From: Eledone cirrhosa
Lineage: Eukaryota
Assembly (NCBI GenBank): GCA_964016885.1
Contig: OZ024744.1
Span: 76,322,001 to 76,386,000 of the forward strand
Direction of reading: 5' to 3'
DNA: 64,000 nt
How positions within the stretch are numbered: the stretch's first letter is position 1; each line of letters opens with the position of its first letter. The position numbers and the translations under genes were made by a program. The notes below the pieces were generated by a model. The model ran no database searches. It was not told the DNA's origin and saw nothing but the letters and a program-made list of their open reading frames with translations. Positions 51,096 through 64,000 of this stretch are shown in pieces.

Positions 51096-54000
51096 GATCC
51101 GAAAACACACTTTGCGGGATTCACTCGAACGCGTTAATCCTGGAGTCGGCAAAATAAAAGGTTCAGGTGAAAAATAACCTACACAACAAATACTGACCGA
51201 TAGTAAGGAGCCAATGCTCAGAATTGTACTGAAGGAGAGGACAATAGACGAGGGGATGTCCAAGGAGGAAATAACAACAAGGAGAAAGAGCAGCCACAAC
51301 CCAAACCAACGGAATCGTTGAGGGTTAAAGGCCTAGGTGTGTCGTTTGTGGCGAAGGAACCAACCTAAAGGCTTTCTGCCCTCAGGCTAAAAAGTTGAGA
51401 CCACCTCTCCTACCCACTCGTGTGACTCAACCATCAACACCACCAGCAGCAGAAATGGCAGCAACAACTGTAGCAGCAACAACCCCAGCAACAGTAGAAA
51501 AACCAACACCACCAACACCCACCGCGCCAGAATTAGCACCAGCGCCTCCACCATCCACCACGCCACAACCCAAACAAACGCCTGTGGAGGATTTTCCACT
51601 CCCCAACTTATCCCAACTGGAGACAGATTGTGACAATGAGGAGGAGTGGGAAACTGTATCAGGAAAAAAGAAAAAAAAAAAGAAAAAATCCTCTTCCTTC
51701 ACCCTCCAAAAACAAAATGCAGGGGGGAAACAAATAAACTAACAAACAAAAAGGTTAAGACAGCTATGCCACCACCCACACCAGGATCACCAGACCAATC
51801 ACGACAAACACCAACACCTTCACCATCATTAACCCCAACACCACCATCACTCACCAAAAAGCGAAACAGAAACAAACCCACAACAAACGCAAACAAAACA
51901 AAACAACCAAAACGATACACACTACACAGCAATAAATTTGATCGGTAGAGGGTCGGACGCCATGTTTCCAGCATAGTTATGGCCCCTTACGATCTGAGTT
52001 CAAATCCCGCCGAGGTTGACTTTGCCTTTCATCCTTACGGGGTCGATAAAATAAAGTACCAGTAATGCACTGGGTAATTGCTGGCCTTGTGCCTGAAGTA
52101 GAAACAATTAAATTTGAACAAAAACCAATTACTACACTACATCCAACACAACACAAGCATCACAAAAAAGCCTACACAACACCTAAAAAATTCACACCAC
52201 CCCCACACATACAAATCACTCGCATCACACAGTAAATGTACAGGACACTAAAACTAAAATCCCCAAAGACATCGGAGACTTCCGATAAACACTCTCCATG
52301 AAGATTTATAAGGACATCCTTCCAGGAGAGACCACAAGCAGTGAAAAGGATGGAAAAACCATAATTCCTCTACTAGATGTGAGGTAAGTGGTCTTTCCCA
52401 TCTTTTTCCACTCCTTTTCAACATGACCTCACTCAGAATAGGCAGCATAAATGCGCGTGGCTTGGGGTCGTCATGGAAGCAGGGCCACCTGCTCAACGAC
52501 ATCAGGTCACTAAACATAGATGTGGCGGCCATCAGCGAGACTAGAATCCCCGAAGCACGAGCCTTCGCACCGATCTTCGGCAGCTACGATGTGTACTGAT
52601 TTCCCAGCCGTCCTGGATCGAGGGAGGAATTGCTGTGCTTTTTCGGAGAGGTTTGGATCTCGCCATACGCGCCATCTTCCTGGACCCAGAAGGTAAGTTG
52701 GTGGAGCTTGACGTGACTACGGAGACGGGCAAGCTTTCAGGCTAATGGCCGTCTATGTCCCGACAGGAGCAGGGCGGCCTGATTTCTTCCGGCGTCTGGA
52801 GACCCTTCTTGGAACATCCCGCTCTTTAGTCTTAGTGTACGACTGGAACGGGATCTTAGATGCACGATGGGACTGTGTGGGATTAGCGGATAGGGGAGGA
52901 GGGTGTAAAAGCCTCGCAAACCTGCTCTGACGGTTTCAACTGTCTGACAGGTACCGTCGGGATTTCCCGAATGTGCCAATGTGGACTTGGACAAACCGCA
53001 TAGGGTCATCCAGATCATATCTAGATAGGGTATTGTGTAGGGAAATAGATAGATCAAGCATAGGCTGTCCACATTTCAAAATTTTCGACTACACGGAGCA
53101 CAAATTCGTGATCTGTGAAGTTGACTTAGATAGGCTTCATAGACAGGGCCCCGGCTACTGGAAGCTAAACGCATCATTAACAGCACGCACGGCCTACAGT
53201 GACAGGATTAGCGAACTAGTTAAGCGGGCGTTGACGAGGGCCATGGTCAACAATAAATGGTGGTTTGCTCTGAAAAGAGCGATTAGAATAGAGTCCATTG
53301 GGTTTAGTAAGGCTTAAGCAATAGAGAAAAATAGAGCAGAGGGAGAATTAGGTAGAAAATTAGACGAGGCGCTTAGTAAAGGCCGACGTACTTGCGGCGA
53401 AATTGCCCCTTGACCAATTCTTGAATGCTAAGCACGAAGGCTGTGTTGTCAGAGATAGGATGCGTGCTCTCAGACACGAGGGGACGAAAGCCGTTCAATG
53501 GGCCCGAGTGGGGAGGTGTGTCGTGGCAACAAAGCCACGATCCGGTCTTTGGTGGACCACGACGGGCGCATGCTACTCGATCCCTGGCAAATGAATGAAG
53601 CTTTTCAGCGACACTTCGCTCAGCTGTTCGGGGGCAGCGACGAGCCGGATCGAGGGATGGAGTTTAGTGCCTACCTCGACGGACTGCCGCGGCTCTCGTC
53701 CACTGAGGCGGAGTGTTGCGAAAAGCCGATAACAGCCGCTGAAGTACGGAAGGCAATGACTGGCTGCACAAGGGGTAAACCGCCTGGTTTGGATGGTCTG
53801 CCCTGTGAACTTTACGTACAGATGCTAGACCTGTTCGGAGGCCTCTTGGCAACGTCTACTGCAACTGGCAAAAGAATGGGAGAATTCTCAGCTCTGTGAG
53901 CCGAGAAGCGGTGGCGTTGCTGAGAACAAAGGTGATAACAGATAATTTCAGGCCCATTACTCTGCTAAACACAGAGTTCAAGATTTTGGTCATGGTGCTA

Positions 54001-55250
54001 GCAAAGAGGTTGGCGCTTTTCGTTGGTAGTCTGGTGGGAGAGGCGCAGACATGCGCCATTCCAGACAGATCCATCCACGACAACTTTCACCTCATGCGAT
54101 ACATCGTAGAGAGGGTAGCTAGAGAACCTGGCCCGGGTGAGTCCTTGATCAATTTAGATCAGTCGAAAGCTTTCGATAGGGTCGACCATCGTTATCTGGC
54201 TGCAGTACTGAGGGCGGCTGGCTTTGGGCCCGTCTTTAGAGGCTGGATCGCTGCCATGCACAGCGACACCTGCTCTGTGTTGAGAGTGAACAGTCACCTT
54301 TCGCAACCGTTCAACATCATGCGCTCGGTCCGCCAAGGATGTCCCCTCTCGTCTCTTTTGTACGTATTGACTCTCGAGCCATTACTACACAAACTGGAGA
54401 CGCTGAGGAGGTCCCGCGCGAACTAGGATACGGAAGATCCGTGTCAGCATACGCGGACGATGTCACCGTAGTGGTGTCGAAACCAAACACATTGAGGCAA
54501 TCTGCACTACACTAAGAGAATACGAGGCGGTGACAGGAGCAATGATCAACCAGGAAAAGTCGGTGGGCCTGCAGTTCGCCACCTGGAGAGGCAGGTCCAT
54601 GCCGCCCAACAACGTCATCAGGCGCTGGTTGGACGGACCGGTTAAATTGCTAGGTGCCTGGTTCGGTCCGGACCGCCAGATGGACCAAAACGGGGACGAG
54701 GTGACGAGCAGGGTGGCTTCTCTCACTCAGAAATGGGCAGATAGGAAGCTATCCCTGAAAGGTCGAGCGGAGGTGGCGAGGCAGTCCATATGCTGTCAAC
54801 ACCCGCTACGTTGAGGGCTGGGAATGCCGTGGTTGATGATGCGCAGAAACGCGCTTAGGCTACGACATCTCCACCGCTTCCTCGACGGTGATCAGGTGTG
54901 GCCTCCGTTTGCTAGACTCGTCTTTCCCCAGCTCGTCTCCTTGACGGAGCTGCAGTCCTGGGTCAAGCGAAGACCGAGAGGGAGCGCTTGGAGACTGGAA
55001 TGACTTCAGGCGCTTACAGCCCTCGACCAGTCGGGCAATGTGATCTGTGGAAACTCCACATTGGCGTTCTATAGATGATTAGTGGGGGAGAAGAGCGACG
55101 ATGTACTTGGGTAAACTCTAGGCGTCGACAAAAATCAACTAGCAAATCTCCTCGGAAGAAATTTCGGGCCGGGGCCTATGGACAACTTTCAGAAATCCCT
55201 GGCCTGGCAGTGCTACCGAGGATCTTTGCCAGTTCGGGATAAACTCTACA
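51096..55250 (+). mobile_element. Degenerate Tx1: divergent ORF1 remnant + A-type ORF2, 3'-truncated; SINE inserted at ~51940-52110
   Basis: ORF2 from 52423 parallels 46881 onward with stops. ORF1 differs from the 44748 type. Confidence 0.9.
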
Positions 55251-58200
55251 CCCTCATCCTCATGAGAGGAGTCTTTATGCCCGTTATTTGGCCCTTCGGG
55301 GTTAAATAACCAGTTATTGGGGATTTGAGCCCAATATTCATTTAAAAAACAACAAAACATGGCTACAAAAATGAATTTTCAGAAGTCACTCCCACTCTTT
55401 CCCTCTTCTTCCTCAATCGTCATTATATCAGAGAGAAGATTGTCTCTTCCCTCCTTTCGCTAAATGTGGTGTCGCCTCTTTCGCAAGCGACGCCATTAAA
55501 GAAAAAAATATATAGTTTCTGGTAGCTTTCACCAAGAGAACGTGCATACCGTGGAACATTTCTCCACGACCACGACAACGACGAAAAATGTATGTGGTAA
55601 ATACGGAAAGCCATTTCATTCGTCTGACGTCATGAAGAATAGCAGCAGCAGCCGTAATAACAGCAGCAGCAGCAACAGTGGCGAGAAAAATACTAGTAGC
55701 AGCCGCAACAACATCAGCAGCAGCATAAATAACAACAGCAGCAGCAACAGCAACAACAACAGCAGCAGCACCGACAGCAACAACAGCAACAAGAACAATA
55801 GCAACAGCGTCGGAGGCGGTCGTAGTACCAGCAGCAACAACAAAAGTAACAGCAGCTCTGACGACAACATCAACAAGAAGAAAGAAAAACCAATCTCGTT
55901 TGCAGATATCGCAAAGAACCTGGAAACCATCCTTATAACAAATGAGGAATTACAGGAAGCAAAGAAGATGGTGACGAAAACCGGACACCAAGCAATCTGC
56001 AAGGCAGCCGAAGAATTTTTCGAAACACAACAGCACTGTACGGTCACGTAACGTACAGTAAGCACAAAATCACGTAGGGTTGAAAGAGCCACAGAGGCTC
56101 AAATCCAAAAAAACCTTAGGGTCTGTGTGGCAGCGGAAAACGCATATCACCCGAGGCAAGACGTAGGCCACCGTGGACGTGCTTTTTGCCACACCCCAGG
56201 AGGCAAAGGCTCAATCCTTAGTGACCCTACGGAGCGAGGAAATGGTGTTGGTGCTCTCCTACTGCGGGCAAAAAATTGTGAGGGTCAAACTGACCCAAGT
56301 CCCCCCCCACCACCACCACCCCGGATGGCCCCTTCTTAGCTGGCCGCGTCTGTCCTCGTCGGAATCGAGGACAAAACAACCGTACTGCAAGTACAGACAA
56401 AAGTACGAGAAGATTGGGTCGGCGCCTCCATTGAGATGTTAATTCAAACCAACCAGGAGTGGTTCGAAGCTATCCCGGATGTGATAGACTTCGATAACGG
56501 CACTCAACTTCCCACAAGTGTTGAGGGCAAACGCCCGAAATGCTTTCGCTGCGGGTCGAAGACTCACCTCAGGGCCTTCTGCAATGAGAAGACGCTGAGA
56601 AAGGAGAAAACACCCCTCCTTCTGAAACCGGCTCCACTGCTACCAGCAACAGGAAAGGCGGCAAGCAGGAAGTATAGGTGCGTGGCACCCATACCACGCC
56701 ACGGAAATCAAGAACAGCAGCAGCAGTGGAAGTATTAACAACAACAACTGTAAAACCAACTGCAGCTGCAACAGAGACTCCACTGCAACCATCACCAACA
56801 AGAACAAGTGAAAGAGTGGAGCTGGTACCCTTCCCCGACCTCACAGAATTGGACATGGAGTGTGAGGTGGGAGAGGGATGGCAAAAGGTCGCAAGAAGCA
56901 CAAATGCAGAAGCAGCGCATCGTCGCCTTCGGATAGGGAGGGAAGAGATGAGAAAAGTGTGAAGACTACTGCAAAGAGACTTACAGCAGCAAAACCACCA
57001 ACGCCATCACCACCCACACTAGCACTACCATCACCACCGGCGGCAACCCCACCGCCAACAACAACACCTTCAACAACACCACCACAAGCACCAACATCGC
57101 AAACACAACAACAAAACACACACATCCAGCAACAACGACAAGAAAATAGCAAAACCACCCCCACGCCCCAAAAAGATATGCACAGCAATAAATACACACA
57201 ACAAGAAACTAATGACTTACATAATTGAACACACAGACATTTCACAGCACGACTACATAATACCAGCACCAATCAAAACACCAACGAACATAAGACTGGT
57301 AAGAATATCACAGAATCAATACACTAACATTAAAATGAAGTTCCCCAACGCAGTTGGTGATTTCAGAGACCTAGGAGGGACACTCAACCGGAGAGTATAC
57401 TCCGATATACTTACAGAAGAGCCGACGACCAGCCGAAGGGACGGTTCAACGGTCCCTTCACCAGTCGAACAAGGTAAGTGACACTTTCTCACTTGCCCCG
57501 TTCCTCACCCAACATGGCCATATTCAGGATCGGAAGTGTAAACGTGCGTGGCTTGAGCTCGGTTTGGAAGCAGGGTCACTTGCTTAACGACCTCAGGTCA
57601 CTAAACATAGATGTGGTGGCCATCAGCGAGACGAGAATCTCCGAAACGCAAGCTTTCGCACCGATCTTCGGTTACGAGGTGTACGCATCTCCCAGCCGTC
57701 CGGGAGCGGGGCCGAAGTGGCTGTGTTGTTTCGGGAAGGCTTCGGTCTCGCCATACGGACCATCTTCCTGGACACAGAAGGTAAGTCGGTGGTGCTGGAC
57801 GTGAACGGCACCGAAGGCAACGCTTTCAGGCTAGTAGCCGTCTATGCCCCGACTGGTACAGGACGGCCAGATTTCTTCGGACGTCTAGAGACCTTTCTGG
57901 GAAGGTCACGTTCTTTAGTCTTAGTGGGCGACTGGAACGGTATCTTGGATGCACGCTGGGATTGTGTGGGGCTAGTGGATAAGAGACCTGCTCAGACATT
58001 TTGAACTGTCTGACAGGTATCGACTGGATCACACGAATGTGCCAATGTGAACATGGATAAACCGCATCGGGTCATCCAGATCGTATCTCGATAGGGTATT
58101 CTGCAGAGAACTAGATAAGGCTAGTATAGGTTGTCCACATTTTAAAATAGTCAACTTCACAGACCAGAAATTCATGATCTGTGAGATCGACATAGACAGA

Positions 58201-61172
58201 CTTCAAAGACAAGGACCTGGTTACTGGAAGCTGAACGCGCCTTTCGCTGCGCGCAAAGCCTACATAGACCGGATTACCGTATTATTTAACCGGGCGTTGA
58301 CGGGAGTGGTCGTCAACAACAGGTGGTGGTTTGCACTGAAAGAGGCAATTAAAGTAGAATCGATTAAGTTTAGCAAAGGAGTAGTGACAGAGGAAAATAG
58401 AGTAGAGGGAGAGCTAGTCAGAAAACTAGAAGAGGCGTTTAGGACAGGCATCGCAACCGACGTGCTTGCGGCAAGATTGGCACTCGACCAATTCTTCACC
58501 GCAAAACACGAAGGCTGCGTTGTCAGAGTTTGAGCGCGTGCTCTGAAACACGAGGGGACAAAGCTGTCTAATGGGCTCGGGTGGCAGAGGCGCGACGTGG
58601 CATCAAAGCCACCATTCGGTCTTTGTCTGACCAAAACGGGCGCGTGTTGCTCGAACCCGAGCAGATGTGTGAGGCTTTTCAACAGCACTTTCCTGAATTG
58701 TTCGGGAGCGGAGGCGGGCTGGATCGGGGTATGAAGTTCACTGCATACCTCTACGGACTGCCTCGGCTCTCAACGACCGCAGCACAGTGTTGCGAAAAGC
58801 CAATAACAGCCGGTGAAATACGGGAAGCGATGGCCATCTGCACGAGGGGTAATTCGCAAGGTTTGGATGGTCTGCCCTACGGCTTTATGCATTTAAGCCA
58901 GACTTGTTCGGTGACCTCTTGGCAGACGTCTACTGCAACTGGCAGCAGAACGGGAGCATTCCCAGTTTTATGAGCAGGGCAGCGGTGGAGCTGCTGAGAA
59001 AAGACCCGAACAAGGGGGATGTAATCGAAAGTCTCAGGCCCATAACCCTGCTAAACACAGAGTTCAAGATTTTGGCCAAGGTGTTAGTAACGAGGTTGGC
59101 GCTTGTCGTCAAGGGTCTGGTGTGAGTGGCGCAGACATGCGTCATTCCGGCCAGATCCATACACGACAACCTCCCCCTCATACGATACATCATAGAGAGG
59201 GTGGTTAAGGAACCTGGAACGGGTGGGGCCCTGATCAACTTGGATCAATCCAAAGCATTCGATAGGGTCGACCATCGGTACCTGGCGGCGGTCTTCGAGG
59301 CAGCCGGTTTCGGACCCGTTTTCAGAGGTTAGATCGCTGCGATGTACATAGATATTGCTCAGTTGCGAGGGTGAACGGTCACCTGTCGCAGCCGTTCAGC
59401 ATCATGCACTCGGTTCGCCAGGGTTGTCCCTTCTCGTCCCTCTTGTAGGTATTGGCTTTCGAGCCGTTACTACACAAACTGGATGTGATGAGTGGCGTCC
59501 CACGCCAACTAGGATGCGAGAAATCCGAGTCGGCTTACCGACGACGTCACCGTGGTGGTGTCGAGCACCAGACACGTCCAGATGCTCGGCACCGCTCTCA
59601 AGGAATACGAAGCGGTGACAGGACCAAAGATAAACCAGGAAAAGTCGGTGGGCTTGCAGCTCGGCACCTGGCGAGGCAAGTCCATGCCGTCCGACAGCGT
59701 CGTGGGGCGTTGGACGGACCGACCGGTTAAATTGCTCGGGGTCTGGTTCGGACCGGACCTCAAGATGGAGAAAAACTGGAACGAGATGACGAGCATGGTG
59801 GCCTCCTTCACCCAGAAATGGGCCGAGAGGAAGCTGTTACTGATAGGCTGGGCGGAGGTGGAGAATGCGTACATCGCATCTGTCATCTGCAACCGCCTCA
59901 TCTTCGTCCCTTGCCCCGGCCCAACTCTCACCAAAATGGAGCGCCTCCTCTTCCGCCTTTTGTGGAAGGGACGCGCTCCTATGGTCAGACGATCCATCTG
60001 CTGTCAACACCCGTTGCGTGGAGGACTGGGCATGCCATGGCTGATGATGCGCAAACATGCGCTGAGGCTGCGACATCTCTGGTGCTTCGTTGACGGTGAA
60101 CAGGTTTGGTCACCGTTCGCCAGGCACGTTTTCCCACAGCTCGTCTCCCTAACGGAACTGCAGTCCTAGGTCACGAAAAGACCAGGAGATAGCGCTTGGA
60201 AACTGGAATCTCTCAATGCGCTCATTGCCCTCTGCCAGCTGGGCACCAGTATTGGTGGAATATCCACCTCGGCATTCTATAGAGGACTAGTGGATGGGAA
60301 GTGCGACGACGTTCTCGGAGAGATCCTGGGCGTCGAAGAAAATCCGCTGTTTGCTCTCTTCCGGAGAACTTTCAGCCCAGGGCCTATGGATAACTTCCAG
60401 TAATCCCTGACCTGGCAGTGCTTCCGGTGAGCTTTGCTGGTTCGAGATAAGCTCTACAGGCACGTAAGTGCCGTCATCCGAGATTGTCCGAGATGCGCGC
60501 AGAGCGACGAAGCCGTCGTGCACGCACTCGTTCAGTGCCCGACCATTGCTGACTTGTGGAACTATGTCGAACAGTTGCTGTCGCGTGTAGGACCGATCCG
60601 GTTATCGACTGAGTCCATTGTGCAGATGGTCTCGCCGTCTTCCTTCGAGGAGGAAGGGCAGGCAGTTTTCAACTGCCTGGTGGCCATGGCGAAAGAGATT
60701 GTGTGGTGGACAAGGTTGAAAGGGTTAAAGACAGACACTTTCCTCTTCGGCGAATCCCTGATATACTTTTTCAAGTTTCACTTGAAGAGGAAAATCAGGG
60801 TGGAGAGGCAAGTGCTGCCTTCTAACAAGTTTGTTGAAAGGTGGGTGAATGTAGCGAGAATGGTCCGAGTGAACGGGACCGCTCTGAATATATGCCTGTA
60901 GTTTGAGAAATGGAAAACTTGAGAGAGGGCGCTTGACCTGGTGGTCAGGGTGGCCGTGGTCATTTGTGTGGTTTTTGCCACGAGTAACCCTCGGAGGTTT
61001 CCTCTCTATTGGGGAAATTGGAGTTTTTAATTGTTTCAATTTTCATTTTTATTGTTTATATATATATATATATGTTTCTGTCTTTTTTTTCTTTTCTATA
61101 TAAATTATAAAAATCTTTTCACGCACAAAACCCACATCGTACAGTCCTGTACCGTCCTGTGCCGTCTGTAAT
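55251..61172 (+). mobile_element. Degenerate near-full-length Tx1: A-like 5'UTR/ORF1 + C-type ORF2/3'UTR
   Basis: 5'UTR and ORF1 match 44635-46795. ORF2 (from 57514) and 3'UTR match 40085-43460. Confidence 0.92.
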
Positions 61173-61174
61173 CC

Positions 61175-62089
61175 TTGGGCAATGTGATCGGTGGAAACTC
61201 CACCTTTGCGTTCTATAGAGGATTAGTGGAGGAGAAGAGCGACGACGTACTTAGGGAAACTTTAGGCGTCGACGAAAATCAACTAGCCAATCTCTTCGGA
61301 AGAACTTTCGGACCGGGGACTATGGACAACTTCCAGAAATTCCTGGCCTGGCAGTGCTACCGAGGAGCTTTGCCAGTTCGGGATAAACTCTACAGGCAAG
61401 GAGGTGCCGTCAGCCGGGCATGTCCGAGATGCGCGCAGGGCGACGAAACCGTCCTGCACGCACTCGTCCAGTGTCCGAGCATTGCTGACTTGTGGGTTTA
61501 TGTCGAACACCTGCTGTCGCGTGTAGGACGGATCCAGCTATCAGCTGAGTCCATCGTGAGGATTGCCCCGCCCTCTTCCTTTAGCCGGGAAGGGCAGGCA
61601 GTTTTTATCTGTCTGGTGGCCATGGCGAAAGAGATAGTATGGTGGACACGTTTGAAAGGGCTGAAGACGAGCACTTACCTCTTCAGTGATGCCATGATTA
61701 ACTTTTTCAAATTTCATTTGAAAAGGAAAATCAGGGTAGAGGGGGAAGTGCTCTCTTCCCAGCATTTTGTTGAGAGATGGGTGAGAGAGGCAAGAATGGC
61801 CCGAGTGAATGGGCCTACTCTGAGTATGTGTCTGTAAATTAAAGGTGGAAAACTGGGAGAGGGCACTTGCCCTGGTGGTCAGGGTCACTGTGGCTTTTTA
61901 ATGGGCTTTCTCCACGAATGTCCCTCGGAGGTCTCCCCCCTATTGGGGAATTTTTTCATTGTTCTATTATTACATCCTCTGTTTCTTGTTTTTTTTTACA
62001 CGCAGAAATGCCCTTTTGTACCGTCCTGTCTTGTCCTGTACTGTCCTTAATGTCTACTTTTTGTAAACCCTTGTGGTTAATAAAGAAAG

Positions 62090-62120
<31 letters not shown>
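61175..62120 (+). mobile_element. 5'-truncated Tx1-A copy with (TTA)n tail
   Basis: 220-aa ORF2 C-terminus, A-type 3'UTR. Confidence 0.94.
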
Positions 62121-62684
62121 TGTATTATTTTTATTTTCCAGTTTACTTTCATAGTAACCATTCTGATTTACATCTCATGGTATTTCTCTTCAGTTTTACT
62201 CATTTTCAACTATTTCATTTTTAGTTTATTTTACAGTACTTTATTTTAATTCACGTTATATATTTTTATTATACCATTTGATCGTATCTCTTACATGAAT
62301 CCAAACACTTTAAATATAATTTTCTCTTTGTTTTATGAACGTGACTCAACCAATGAGAAAACCACAGTAACAACAGCATCGCACAACCCCCCTCTGTTAT
62401 ACACACATGAGAAGAAAAAACAACAACAAACAAACAAATCAACATACAAACAAATAAATAAACAAGCATACAAACAATTTGCTCTTTATTTTCGAGCATG
62501 ATTCACCACATCACACGCCTCAACTAATCAGATATGCACATTTGATAACACCAACTTACATTTCACACCCTGAAACTCTACTAATAAGTTGTTATTGGGC
62601 TTACGGACTTGACTCAGCATCAATTTTAACCAATCAACCAACAAATCACACTGCATAATTCACTCTCTATTATTTACTTATGAC

Positions 62685-63058
62685 GCTTTGTAGCATAGTT
62701 ATGGCCCTTTACGGCCTGAGTTCAAATCCCGCCGAGGTAAACTTTGCCTTTCATCCTTACGGGGCCGATAAAATAAAGTACCAGTAATGTACTTTCTCCT
62801 CCCCGCAAATTACTGGCCTTGTGCCTATACTAGAAATCCTTATTTACTTATGACTATAAGGGTGTTGAGTTGGCAGTATCGGTAGAAGGTCGGACAAGCT
62901 TTTCAGCATAGTTACGTCCCTTTACGATCTGAGTTCAAATCCCGCTGAGGTTAACTTTGCCTTTCATCCTTACGGGGGTCGATAAAATAAAGTACCAGTA
63001 ATGTACTGGTTAATTGCTGGCCTTGTGCTAAAAGTAGAAATAATTATTTACTTATGAC
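62685..63058 (+). mobile_element. Two tandem SINE copies sharing the target duplication ttatttacttatgac
   Basis: Motif at ~62670, ~62840 and ~63044. Confidence 0.9.
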
Positions 63059-63414
63059 TCACTACACAGCTCAACCAATCAAAACTAGTCAGATATATCC
63101 TCTAACTTGGATACCCACTCATATACAAATACAGACAAAATAACGTCATGCTATTAATATACACATGCCGCCATGTTTGCATCGGTCTTGTGCATTTAAA
63201 ATATACTTTATAGCTTTCCTATACCTCTTTAAATACTATGTTCTTTTAAATCAGTTTTCCTGATAGAATATTCTATTTATAAATATAATCCCACGTATGT
63301 TAACATCAGTCTCGTAACAACTCGTGAGAATTCAGCTCTAAATAAATTTTATTCAACTTTAGAGTACTGAACATTTTTTTTTTACTTCTTAAGCATTTAT
63401 ACCAATTTGTTCTT

Positions 63415-63433
63415 CACCCCCCCCCCCCCTCTC

Positions 63434-63474
<41 letters not shown>

Positions 63475-63629
63475 CCCACTCTCTCTCTCTCTCTCTTTCT
63501 CTCCCACTCTCTCTCTTTCTCTCTCACTCTCACTCTCTCTCTTTTCTCTCTCTCTCTCTCTTCTCTCTCACTCTCTCTCTCTTCTTCTCTCTCACTCACT
63601 CTCTATCTTTCTTTCTTTCTCTTGTTCTC

Positions 63630-63674
<45 letters not shown>

Positions 63675-63815
63675 TATGTGTGTGTATGTATGCGTGTATA
63701 TGCGTGTGGGTGTGCACACACATGATTACATATATATATATAGATAGATATATATATACATATATATACATACATACATATATGTATGTATATATATATA
63801 TAGAGAGAGAGAGAA
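63415..63815. repeat. (CT)n/(TA)n/(GA)n compound microsatellite
   Basis: Direct inspection. Confidence 0.95.
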
Positions 63816-64000
63816 TAAGTAAAAGCGAAGTAGTTTCAGATGTTCAAGTCCTTTAATAATAATGCTGTGATATATATTTCACAGAACAGTGTGGCCAGTG
63901 TCGTCATTGAAATATATATCACACGTGAAAATGAGGCTTGTTACATTGGAGTTGCAGCTGAGTACTCACAAGATCATCAGACAAGACTCATGTTTAATGA

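Overview
Animal, repeat-saturated genomic DNA. The (TA)n/(CA)n/(TATG)n microsatellites and the tRNA/Meta-domain SINE suggest an octopus-like cephalopod, but this is inference. No host protein-coding gene can be supported with confidence. The window holds four main groups of elements. (1) At least three lineages of L1/Tx1-clade LINEs (ORF1 with CCHC knuckle; ORF2 APE-RT-zf). Two copies are near-intact and full-length (25135-30995, 44531-50620), and a 24-kb same-strand cluster spans 38.1-62.1 kb. One lineage sits in (TTA)n and another in (TATC)n. (2) A Penelope-like (Naiad-like) RT/GIY-YIG element in fold-back form, plus more than 10 short, often palindromic, hammerhead-bearing derivatives, most of them in or beside (TA)n tracts. 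(3) About 20 copies of a tRNA-derived SINE, often stacked in one target site. (4) Fragments of R4/Dong, CRE and Gypsy elements and several MITEs. The most intriguing signals are: a strong splice donor at the ORF1 stop of five Tx1 copies from all three lineages; ORF1/ORF2 module swapping; SINE and Tx1 3'-end similarity; and the (TA)n-associated hammerhead palindromes.
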